From positions 1-64,000 of IMG/VR virus record IMGVR_UViG_3300027908_000003: a stretch of DNA of 64,000 bases. The stretch is one strand, 5' to 3'. Below the pieces are notes generated by a model that saw only the letters and a list, made by a program, of their open reading frames with translations, had not been told where the DNA came from and searched no databases. The translations under genes and the position numbers were made by a program. This document shows positions 43,081 through 51,609 of the stretch, piece by piece. The stretch is from a virus. The first letter of the stretch is position 1. The number at the start of each line of letters is the position of its first letter.

Positions 43081-44494
43081 CTATTTTATATTCTCGCTTA
43101 GAATATATTCTTTGTGATCTATCTCTAAATTGTGAATTCAATAGCGGGACTTTGTAATCTCTGAAGTCATATACTATAGCATCTTTCTTTTGAGGGTGCG
43201 GCCTCATGATACGGCCTATTGATTGTTCGAACCCGCGCAACTTTCTCCCCGGGTATGCTAAAAACAATCGATCTAGCCTAGGAATATCCGTACCCTCCTC
43301 TGCAAGAGTCGAAAATAATACTGATCCTTCAAAACCAATTTGTTTATCTATTCTGTATGAAATTTTTTGTGCTTGACTAGAATTATCACCTGTCAAAAAT
43401 TGTATAGGTCCATTAAAAATAGTTGGACATTTCTCTATAAAAATCTTTGTTAGCTCTTTAAGATGCTCTTTACGTTTAGATACTATCAAGCACTTACCAA
43501 TATTACTACCACCCCAACACTCTTCCAAAACACAATCAATTATTAATTCATTTCGCGCTCTATTTTTTTCCAACGCTGCCATCATATCATTATAATTATT
43601 TCGTAGTACCCTACCATTCTGCAGGCGCTCAGTCGGGCGGTAAGGAAACTCAAACTCTGTCTTAATAACCCTTACTGAGGGAATTACTAGGTGCTCTCCT
43701 ATTTCCTCTACCAGGGTAGAATGAACCACCGGCCCGATTACCGCCCGACTAATTGGAAATAAATCCTCATCGCTATCTGGCGTCGCTGAGCAGCCAAAGC
43801 GGTAGTATGCAGGAAAGCGGCCGAGAAGTTCAAAGTTAGTTTCACTCGACGCATGATGTTGCTCATCAAGTACAACACATCCAAATTCATCAAACCATAT
43901 TGGACCATAATTAGCTGCTAATATAGTTTGTCTCAAGCATATAAGTAACTCTTTACCTATTTCAAATCCAAAATTTATAGCAATATCTTCCCATTGACTT
44001 GCTATATCTAGCTTTTCACATATAACTAAAGTTCTCTGTCCACAGCATCTTATAAGCTCCAGCATAGTCCTAGTCTTGCCACTGCCTGTGGGACTTTTAT
44101 ATACTCCACTACCATATGAAAATAGTTCTGATACAGCTTCATCTTGATAATCTCTTAGATCAATGGGATTTATATTTTTCTGGGCACTACAGCTATAATC
44201 TTTTATCGTTTCATTTTTATACTTAACATAAATATCATTATCATTCAGTATCTTCTCAAATTCAAATACGAATCCTCTAGGCAATACTAATTCATGATGA
44301 CCATTATATTTCCAAAGATCTATAAACTCAGGGATTTTGTTAGCATTCCTTAGCATCTCCCTAACCGCCATCTTCTTCTGCGGATTAGGCACTCTCAGAC
44401 GAGAAAGAACTTTATTCTTTACATCAAGAGGAAGATCATTTGGATTTAAATTTATAGTTGAAGAAATACTACAATTGATTTGCATATTAGACAT
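43073..44494 (-). CDS. SF2 DEAD/DEAH-box (Res-subunit-like) helicase
   Basis: Motif I SPTGSGKT and motif II VVLDEQHH, with a C-terminal helicase domain (TLAEEGTDIPRLD, GRIMR). Confidence 0.75.
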   Translation of the reverse strand: MSNMQINCSISSTINLNPNDLPLDVKNKVLSRLRVPNPQKKMAVREMLRNANKIPEFIDLWKYNGHHELVLPRGFVFEFEKILNDNDIYVKYKNETIKDYSCSAQKNINPIDLRDYQDEAVSELFSYGSGVYKSPTGSGKTRTMLELIRCCGQRTLVICEKLDIASQWEDIAINFGFEIGKELLICLRQTILAANYGPIWFDEFGCVVLDEQHHASSETNFELLGRFPAYYRFGCSATPDSDEDLFPISRAVIGPVVHSTLVEEIGEHLVIPSVRVIKTEFEFPYRPTERLQNGRVLRNNYNDMMAALEKNRARNELIIDCVLEECWGGSNIGKCLIVSKRKEHLKELTKIFIEKCPTIFNGPIQFLTGDNSSQAQKISYRIDKQIGFEGSVLFSTLAEEGTDIPRLDRLFLAYPGRKLRGFEQSIGRIMRPHPQKKDAIVYDFRDYKVPLLNSQFRDRSQRIYSKREYKIDA

Positions 44495-44536
44495 CCTATC
44501 ACGGAATGACGCCTAGGTCAAGAGAAGTTCCTATAG

Positions 44537-44860
44537 CTAATGGCTTGTTAAAATATTAGCAATAACAATAACAAAACCGATTATAGCTACAGCAATAGTC
44601 ACTGCTATTGCAGTCCATCTAATTGAAGCTGCCTTATCACCACGTCTTTCAGATAATTCATCATTCACTCTGCTACTAAAATCATCAAATTTCTCCTGTG
44701 TTACATAGGTATGTTGAACCTCGACTGCTTTCTCATGAGCATGATTTAAAACATCTAGCCTTCTAGAATTTTCCTTGAACTGTAATTCAACAGCTTTATC
44801 TCTTTCTGATAAAAGAGATTCAAAATATACTTTAATAGTCTTTATCGTCCACTCAGACAT
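44537..44860 (-). CDS. tail-anchored membrane protein with a coiled coil
   Basis: 107 aa with a C-terminal TM segment, WTAIAVTIAVAIIGFVIVIANIL. Confidence 0.5.
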   Translation of the reverse strand: MSEWTIKTIKVYFESLLSERDKAVELQFKENSRRLDVLNHAHEKAVEVQHTYVTQEKFDDFSSRVNDELSERRGDKAASIRWTAIAVTIAVAIIGFVIVIANILTSH

Positions 44861-44881
44861 TGCTTCACCTACAAAGTTCCA

Positions 44882-45274
44882 CTACACTTTATCATGTGGC
44901 TTTGGACATTTCACACCAGAATATCTGCTGCTTTGTAAATGCACATATGATTCAAGCGGCATTTGAACAGTAGGTATTTTCTCAAGCAAAGGGGCTACAT
45001 TCTTCATAGCGTCTAGCAAACATACTGCAACTGGGCCACCAGCAATCTGAACTTCCTTGGTATGCTTCTCTTCTCTATTACCTTTAAGAACATTCTTCTC
45101 AGTAATGTAAAATGTAACTATAATAGCAACAAACAGAATTAAATACCCTCTAGCCATTAATTTCACATAATGTGATAAATAACTAACACGAGTTTCTAAA
45201 TTATTTATTCTGTCTTCATCAGATAAATTTTCTTCATTGTTTTTATACTCTCTTTTAAATAGTTTCATTTCCAA
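44882..45274 (-). CDS. membrane protein
   Basis: 130 aa with a central TM segment, GYLILFVAIIVTFYI. Confidence 0.5.
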   Translation of the reverse strand: MEMKLFKREYKNNEENLSDEDRINNLETRVSYLSHYVKLMARGYLILFVAIIVTFYITEKNVLKGNREEKHTKEVQIAGGPVAVCLLDAMKNVAPLLEKIPTVQMPLESYVHLQSSRYSGVKCPKPHDKV

Positions 45275-45588
45275 GTTACCATAGCGAAAATAGCTGCTGT
45301 AACTATTACTGTTATATACAAAGCAGTAAATGCATCAACTATATGATGCTTATTTATTTTTTTGGGTCCTCTATTTCGTTTTCTACTTGTCGCTTTATCG
45401 AATGCCGGTATCCAAGTACATCTGGCAACCCAGCTAATCCCCCCAACACTACTATAGCTGTAGGATTGTCCAAATGATTTACAAAAATCTCGTATAGAGT
45501 TCCAACGATTCCTACTATCCGAGCTAACGTCGAAATCCATTCGTCTAGGGTTCTGCGAGATATCATCCATACAACTCGCCAGCACCAA
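45265..45588 (-). CDS. membrane protein (start uncertain)
   Basis: The frame ends with a C-terminal TM segment and a TGA overlapping the next ATG (ATGA). The likely start is the internal ATG (MDDISQ). A 70-aa alternative frame (45354-45566) also exists. Confidence 0.4.
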   Translation of the reverse strand: MVLASCMDDISQNPRRMDFDVSSDSRNRWNSIRDFCKSFGQSYSYSSVGGISWVARCTWIPAFDKATSRKRNRGPKKINKHHIVDAFTALYITVIVTAAIFAMVTWK

Positions 45589-45755
45589 TATCGCTCCTAA
45601 CTTGAAAACTACATAAAGCTCTACTCATTATAAGAACCTCTTCTCTGCTCTCTTGCCCGCGCTCGCCTTGGCCTGTTGGGGATTGATCCCTACAGTCTAC
45701 CCTGTTTTATCGGGGGAAAATCATTCCACTAGCCGCGCACCTTACTGAGAAATTT

Positions 45756-46574
45756 TCAATAACCCAGCGAAATCCATGATATTTGTGATCCCAAATATGA
45801 ACCACCAGATTTTGCTTCTACTCTAGCTAATCCAATTTCTTTTCCATCCGGTTCACCAGCAGTATAAAATAACTGATTCCCAGAATTAGCATTACATAAA
45901 AAGCTTACATGAGAATTGGGCCATGCAAATGGTAATGTAATTTTTACTGACACATATTCTCCACCATAAGTGCCTAAGCTATGAATCCCGGTTTGAACCA
46001 ATAATCCAGCAGTTCCATTTGTATTAATAGCAGTAGACCTTGCATCTTTTATATAATATTCAGTAGAAGTAATAGCATTTTTTGGCACTAATACATACGC
46101 TAATCTTAATACACTAGTAGGTAAAGGTGAATAAGATCCAAGATAAATTCCTTCTCTCATCTGCGCTTCAGTAATGCCAGAAGTTGGTGTACCATTTAAC
46201 CATTCTATTTGTGCATAACTACTGCCGCCAATTCCTAATTCTTCTACATCATAGACTCTTAGAACAATCTGAGCAATCTGTGGATTAGTAGCGCTTACTA
46301 CAACTTCATTTGATGGATTTTGTTCAACTGGATTTAATACATTATATAATCCATTATAAAAAATATTACTAGATTCTTGTTTAGCTTTAGTCTGTTCAAC
46401 TAAAGCCTTACCAGCCTTTACATTTACTTGCTTTCCAGAGCCAGCAGAAACTTTGAAATCTTCTGACCCAATCACACCAGCTTGAACTCCCAATGACTTC
46501 ATTAAAAGTCTATCTTGATATGCTGGAAAATCTAAGTCTGTTGTATAACTCGGAATCAATAATTTCCCAGCCAT
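45756..46574 (-). CDS. minor tail / receptor-binding-like protein
   Basis: 272 aa. The pattern GV..gdfkVsA...V.aGkAlv...Y...v...v.rvyD...g...i..l.G.P...lrLAyVlVp...t..i.DaR resembles minor tail proteins common in actinobacteriophages (recalled, not searched). Confidence 0.4.
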   Translation of the reverse strand: MAGKLLIPSYTTDLDFPAYQDRLLMKSLGVQAGVIGSEDFKVSAGSGKQVNVKAGKALVEQTKAKQESSNIFYNGLYNVLNPVEQNPSNEVVVSATNPQIAQIVLRVYDVEELGIGGSSYAQIEWLNGTPTSGITEAQMREGIYLGSYSPLPTSVLRLAYVLVPKNAITSTEYYIKDARSTAINTNGTAGLLVQTGIHSLGTYGGEYVSVKITLPFAWPNSHVSFLCNANSGNQLFYTAGEPDGKEIGLARVEAKSGGSYLGSQISWISLGY

Positions 46575-46584
46575 CTATTTTCTC

Positions 46585-46866
46585 CTATAAAGGTTCGGTT
46601 TTAACAGAACGCCATTCGCCATTCTGACGAATAAGCATTAAATTATTTGTTGGATCAGAAATTGATATTCCATTTAATTCTGAAAGAGGAATTTCAGAAG
46701 CAGCAGGAGCGACTTCATTATCAATTTCTTTACTAGTCTTTCCTGAAGTACTTTTCACTTCAAGATGTTTTGATATGACCCTAGCTGTCTTACCAAGAGT
46801 TAATACTTTTTTTTGTAATCCTTTGAATTCACCAAAATAATTATATTTTACTAATGATTTCGACAT
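46585..46866 (-). CDS. hypothetical tail-module protein
   Basis: 93-aa ORF. Confidence 0.45.
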   Translation of the reverse strand: MSKSLVKYNYFGEFKGLQKKVLTLGKTARVISKHLEVKSTSGKTSKEIDNEVAPAASEIPLSELNGISISDPTNNLMLIRQNGEWRSVKTEPL

Positions 46867-48096
46867 CTAATACACTGTTTGTATTGAACTAATTTTCTCA
46901 ACGCCATTCTCATCACATTCGAGTGTCAAACCGTATATCCTAACAGCTTGCGGACTAGACAAGCCAATCTGTAATCTAGGACCCTTCTTCACAACTGCAT
47001 AAACAATATCTCCTATTTCATATTCTTCACCGAACTGAGGAACTGATCTGCTACCGGCTTTATTAACTGATCTAGGAGTGAATGTTACAATAGTAAAAGG
47101 TTTTTCTAGAGTTAAAGTTTCTACTGTAGCAAATGCAATAAGAATATTTTGATTAACTACTTCAGGTGCAGATACCGTTCCCTCGAATAGTCCGTTTTCC
47201 TGCACACTCTGAATGCTTTCTGATTTTCCTATGGAGTACTGTCCTATCGCCTCGGTACGGTTCTGAGTTTTAGTTCCTTCTGCTTTTCTATTTACATTTA
47301 GACAATTACCGGGGTAAGTAAATCTAATTCCTGTTCCTCTATCTACACCTTTGCCCGCGATTCCTCCCTTAATTTCTTCTCTATAAGTATTAAACTTTCT
47401 AGTAAGAGGATCTATTTCAAAGTCAAAACCAGATTCAATAGCAGTTAACTTCGTAATCTGTTCTCCCACATTCTGAAACTGTTGAATCGTTAAGTTAATC
47501 GAATTTGTAGGTGCAACATTACCAACAGTAATTAAAGTAGGAGAATCGATATTTGCTCTGATTATTAGATCATTAGCAATTTCTGCCATCGGCGTATCTG
47601 CATAGAAAAGTTGCTGAGCTGATTCTGTCGCAACCGGAACATAAAATTTTTCTGCTAGTACTTCATCATACTGTTTTTCTATCTCTTCTAATTCTTTTTC
47701 GTGTTCTTCAGAAGAATATCTTACAATTTCCCTACCGCTGGCTTTGACCGCCATTTCAAACCACTCAAAACCAGTATGAACATCGCGCCTATTCAAAATC
47801 TCAAACCAGCCCATAGCAGTAATTTTCAATTGAAGAGATTCAGTACTCTCTTCACAATTGAATATCTCTCCAGACCACTGCGCCTTACCATTTCTGTAAT
47901 ATAAAATAGAAGTTTTATGTTCTTCTACTAAAGCGCACTTAGTATCTTCTAAATGCATCCATCCAGATACAGTACCACCTTGATTTAACATTAGCTGAGA
48001 TTGCTTATCATGAAATCTAGAAGTTATATCAGCTATCTGACCCATATTGGAAGTTTTTACCAACCAATACCTATAATTTACAGAATTTTCAGACAT
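46867..48096 (-). CDS. tail-associated structural protein
   Basis: 409-aa ORF in the tail module. No motif recognised. Confidence 0.45.
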   Translation of the reverse strand: MSENSVNYRYWLVKTSNMGQIADITSRFHDKQSQLMLNQGGTVSGWMHLEDTKCALVEEHKTSILYYRNGKAQWSGEIFNCEESTESLQLKITAMGWFEILNRRDVHTGFEWFEMAVKASGREIVRYSSEEHEKELEEIEKQYDEVLAEKFYVPVATESAQQLFYADTPMAEIANDLIIRANIDSPTLITVGNVAPTNSINLTIQQFQNVGEQITKLTAIESGFDFEIDPLTRKFNTYREEIKGGIAGKGVDRGTGIRFTYPGNCLNVNRKAEGTKTQNRTEAIGQYSIGKSESIQSVQENGLFEGTVSAPEVVNQNILIAFATVETLTLEKPFTIVTFTPRSVNKAGSRSVPQFGEEYEIGDIVYAVVKKGPRLQIGLSSPQAVRIYGLTLECDENGVEKISSIQTVY

Positions 48097-48103
48097 ACTC
48101 TAT

Positions 48104-49174
48104 TTAAGCAATCGACCTTACAGCTTCGCCGACTGCAACTGCAGAAGACTTCTCTACAAACTGTTCACTCCACAATCCAAAGGGGCCAAGCGCAGCGAAA
48201 ATATATACAGCCTCCAATCCCTCAATCTTTGCTGCTCCTTCAATACGAGCCTTTAAATTAACTGCTTGTTCTGCTTCTGTTACCTGCCCCGGCGCGGTCT
48301 GCCCTGTCTCAGTAATCCACAGTGGAGCAGAGATCTTGTGTTCAGCCCGGTAAGCCTGCATCGTGGCAATACTCGCCCAACCCTGCTGCCCGCTACCGCC
48401 CAATACGCCGCTGCCTGTCTGCGTCCCGTAATAATGCTCAGCCCAAGCCCAGGGCACGCCGCCAATGGAATTACAAAAATCTACACACCATCCCCTACCG
48501 GCAGCACACTGTGACCAGGAACCACCATCATCATAATCTCCCCAGCCCTTAGCAAGAACATTAATTCCAGTTCCCTCAAGAGCTTTTACCATAGCTTGAT
48601 AACGAACAGCATATTCTGCAGCAGTAAGATTACCTTCATATTCAAAGTAAGGCTCATTGCTGCACTCTATAACCGTAAGTTTTAGCTTCTGTAAAACAGG
48701 AATTAATACTTTTATATCAGCTTCAATCTCTGCTGGAGTCTTACCATTAAATGGTCTTGGATCATAAATCGGCAAGATACTCGCACCAGACACTACTGCT
48801 GCTTCTAATCCTAAAATTTCATTCTTTCCAGATCCCATTACATCAATTCGGTCAGCCTTGATTCCCGTAACAGTTTCCATCGTATGCTGTTGTTCATTAT
48901 TAAAACCGTGATAATACCCGCACAGACCAATCAATCCAACTAATAGAGAAGATTTCGTTGGTGGTTCTTCTTTCTTAGGCAGTTCTTCTTTCGGTACTTC
49001 AGCAGGAGCAGAAAACCCTTTTATAACTTCTAATACATTCTGTTTAGTTAATTTCAATTCAGGACGATATTCTTTATTACCAGTTAATTTAATATCTCCA
49101 GAACCATCACTATTTAATGTAGTATCTACTCCTAGGTTCTTCAAGTCTTTGTGTATTGCTAAAAGTTCTGCCAT
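48104..49174 (-). CDS. clan GH-A (TIM-barrel) glycoside hydrolase, tail-associated
   Basis: IECSNEPYFEY (the NEP acid/base motif) and PLWITETGQ (the nucleophile Glu motif). GC-rich patch at about 48265-48545. Confidence 0.55.
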   Translation of the reverse strand: MAELLAIHKDLKNLGVDTTLNSDGSGDIKLTGNKEYRPELKLTKQNVLEVIKGFSAPAEVPKEELPKKEEPPTKSSLLVGLIGLCGYYHGFNNEQQHTMETVTGIKADRIDVMGSGKNEILGLEAAVVSGASILPIYDPRPFNGKTPAEIEADIKVLIPVLQKLKLTVIECSNEPYFEYEGNLTAAEYAVRYQAMVKALEGTGINVLAKGWGDYDDGGSWSQCAAGRGWCVDFCNSIGGVPWAWAEHYYGTQTGSGVLGGSGQQGWASIATMQAYRAEHKISAPLWITETGQTAPGQVTEAEQAVNLKARIEGAAKIEGLEAVYIFAALGPFGLWSEQFVEKSSAVAVGEAVRSIA

Positions 49175-49182
49175 TATTCTCC

Positions 49183-49923
49183 TTATGAATAGCTTGGAAT
49201 ATCGTACTGAGGATAATACGGCTTTTGATAAATTATTTTTCTTCCGAGAGCAAAATGTTCTTTTGCTGCCGCCACTGAAAGATTGTTATAAATGGCTAGC
49301 TCTCCAATGTTACCAACAAATCTGTTTGTATTATTTCCCAATTCTCCTACAAATACTGGCTGTGCACCATCAGTAATTTTTTGTGTTCCTAATTCTCCAG
49401 AAGCAACTTCATTACCATCAACTAATAATTTTATTGCACCATTAAAGTCTAAAGCAACAATGTGTATAGGAACACCAACAGATATTTCAGAAGAGCTTGT
49501 AAAAGCAGTTTTAGTAGTTCCATTTCCTCTAGCAAAAACTAATTTACCGCTTTCCAAACTTAGGTGATATGAATTTGGAAAAGTAAAAGCGCTATTCATC
49601 TTACCAACTAAATTACAAGTCTGGCTCACATTAGCAATTATAGCCCACATCTCAATTGCCATATTATTAATAAGTTGCAATGGACTAGCAGTAGGAACTT
49701 CCATATTCTGATTTTCACCATCGAAAAACTTTGACCCTGCAGCGGAATCTTCTTCGATTAACGGATAATTTCTTTCAAGAGAAATACCATCATATATCCC
49801 ATTAAGATCATACTTAGCGGCCCAATCAACAGCTCTAGTTCCGCTGGACTCGTTCATGCGCCAGTAACATATAATTTCAGAATATCTACGAATAACAGAA
49901 TAATATGAAGTAGAAACTGTCAT
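49183..49923 (-). CDS. LamG / concanavalin-A-like lectin domain protein
   Basis: YWRMNESSG...FDGENQNMEVP...MEMWAI...HIVALDFNG..KLLVDG...FVGNIGELAIYN is typical of Laminin_G_3-type domains. Confidence 0.6.
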   Translation of the reverse strand: MTVSTSYYSVIRRYSEIICYWRMNESSGTRAVDWAAKYDLNGIYDGISLERNYPLIEEDSAAGSKFFDGENQNMEVPTASPLQLINNMAIEMWAIIANVSQTCNLVGKMNSAFTFPNSYHLSLESGKLVFARGNGTTKTAFTSSSEISVGVPIHIVALDFNGAIKLLVDGNEVASGELGTQKITDGAQPVFVGELGNNTNRFVGNIGELAIYNNLSVAAAKEHFALGRKIIYQKPYYPQYDIPSYS

Positions 49924-49929
49924 CTGGTA

Positions 49930-51603
49930 TCACATAAATCCATGTCGCCATCCAGCGCCAAATTTAGTAGTAGCACCAAACTTGGATCCTTGTATATATA
50001 AATCATTCCACATAGGCTCTAACTTCATCCATTCAACAGTAGGGGAAAGAGGTTCTAAGTAATTTGATCCTAATGAATTTTCTATAGTTTCTTCATTACA
50101 GTCAATAATAATATAATCACCTTCCGCCACTATTCCAAGCCATTCTAATTTTTGTCCATTCGTCAAAGACTGAATAAGAACATTTTCAGCAGGACCATAT
50201 AAATATAAAATAGGCTCAACAAACACAGATCCCTTATTATTTATACTGAGCAAATTAGAATTCTTAGTTAGTATAGCATCTGTGTATGATCTATATTTTA
50301 ATGGGTATGATCTAGGATATTTTCTACCTAATACTCCAGTACTTTCTTCACTAGTAGGAGTAATAAATCTAGTTAGTTTTACAGAAGAAAAAGCTCTATA
50401 ATCAGAAGTTTTCATAGGTATCTGGAAAGCGCGTTTAAATCTAGTAAGACTAGTCTGTTCATCTTTAATAGATATAGAACTTAGCTTACGGGCCATAAAC
50501 TCTACGTCACCGGGGTAAATAGATTCTATTCTAAAATTATCAAATGACCATTTGGTCAACTTTTCCCCGACAATTCCTACCTGAGACAATATTTCATTAC
50601 CAAATAATTCTTCATATTCTCCAACTAAATATGATGTTGCAGATATTATTGGTTGCCCTTCCGAAGAGGGTTCTTCCTTCCAAAACTGTAGTATGCATTC
50701 ATTATCTTTCTTAATTCCTCTTATCCAAAAAGGTTGTCCTGCTTTCGGTCTTTGAGAAGAATTTAGCAATTCACTTTTAATAATTCTTCTTTCCCCTTTA
50801 ACAAAGGCTATAATGTTTAAAGAAGGATAAAAGGATTTTTCTTCTACAAAATTAACCATTAAATAATTTTCACTATTTTTAGCGCATAATATGAATCCAA
50901 TTTCATTTTCATTTAAAGATCCAGATACACACTTAATATCCATTTGAACATCACAATAAGTTCTTTTCTCAGATGCTCTTAGAAAAGCAACTTTTTCTTC
51001 ATTCTTCCATTGTAAATATCCGTTTTCAGCCTTTAAACTGCTCATAGATCCTAATAGCGGGATATAATTACCACCACTATTTTCTACTGTAGAATTAGGA
51101 TTATATTCTAATATAGTCTTAGGATCATCAAACGGGTCATATATATCAAACCATCTAAACTTCAGTGGAGACTCTTCTAAGGGGGCAAAAGCGGCCTTGA
51201 GGTTTTTTTCTAAATACTTCAATACTTGTAGGCTACCTGCTTCTATGAATCCTGTAAGCATGACGTTGCGTCCACCGTAAAAAGCGTCATATGCCCATTC
51301 GCCCGATTTTCCCGCCCGAGCCTCGCGACTATCTCTAACTTCAGCATCATCTAAACCAGAAATAGAAGTGACACGAATCAGATCAGATTGATACCTATCA
51401 TTGATAATTTGCCCATTATATTCAATTAGCGACTGAACTCCAAAAGAAAGCGGAGAATCCCAAGGAAAAGCTAGATGATAATATCGTACATTAGCTACAG
51501 TACCTAATATTTCTTTTTCTGATTTTCTATATTCTAATTCAAATATTTCCCTCTCATCACCTACTAAGAATGGAATCTCAAGTTCTGATCCTATAACTGG
51601 CAT
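49930..51603 (-). CDS. tail protein (possible distal tail / baseplate component)
   Basis: 557-aa ORF in the tail module. Assignment is by position only. Confidence 0.4.
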   Translation of the reverse strand: MPVIGSELEIPFLVGDEREIFELEYRKSEKEILGTVANVRYYHLAFPWDSPLSFGVQSLIEYNGQIINDRYQSDLIRVTSISGLDDAEVRDSREARAGKSGEWAYDAFYGGRNVMLTGFIEAGSLQVLKYLEKNLKAAFAPLEESPLKFRWFDIYDPFDDPKTILEYNPNSTVENSGGNYIPLLGSMSSLKAENGYLQWKNEEKVAFLRASEKRTYCDVQMDIKCVSGSLNENEIGFILCAKNSENYLMVNFVEEKSFYPSLNIIAFVKGERRIIKSELLNSSQRPKAGQPFWIRGIKKDNECILQFWKEEPSSEGQPIISATSYLVGEYEELFGNEILSQVGIVGEKLTKWSFDNFRIESIYPGDVEFMARKLSSISIKDEQTSLTRFKRAFQIPMKTSDYRAFSSVKLTRFITPTSEESTGVLGRKYPRSYPLKYRSYTDAILTKNSNLLSINNKGSVFVEPILYLYGPAENVLIQSLTNGQKLEWLGIVAEGDYIIIDCNEETIENSLGSNYLEPLSPTVEWMKLEPMWNDLYIQGSKFGATTKFGAGWRHGFM

Positions 51604-51609
51604 GAAAAA

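Noticed and set aside
43220-43250. GGGTTCGAAC on the minus strand inside the helicase gene, as a possible tRNA T-arm.
   Set aside because: No complementary T-stem or acceptor stem could be drawn. It lies within a well-supported coding frame (FEQSIGRIMRP).
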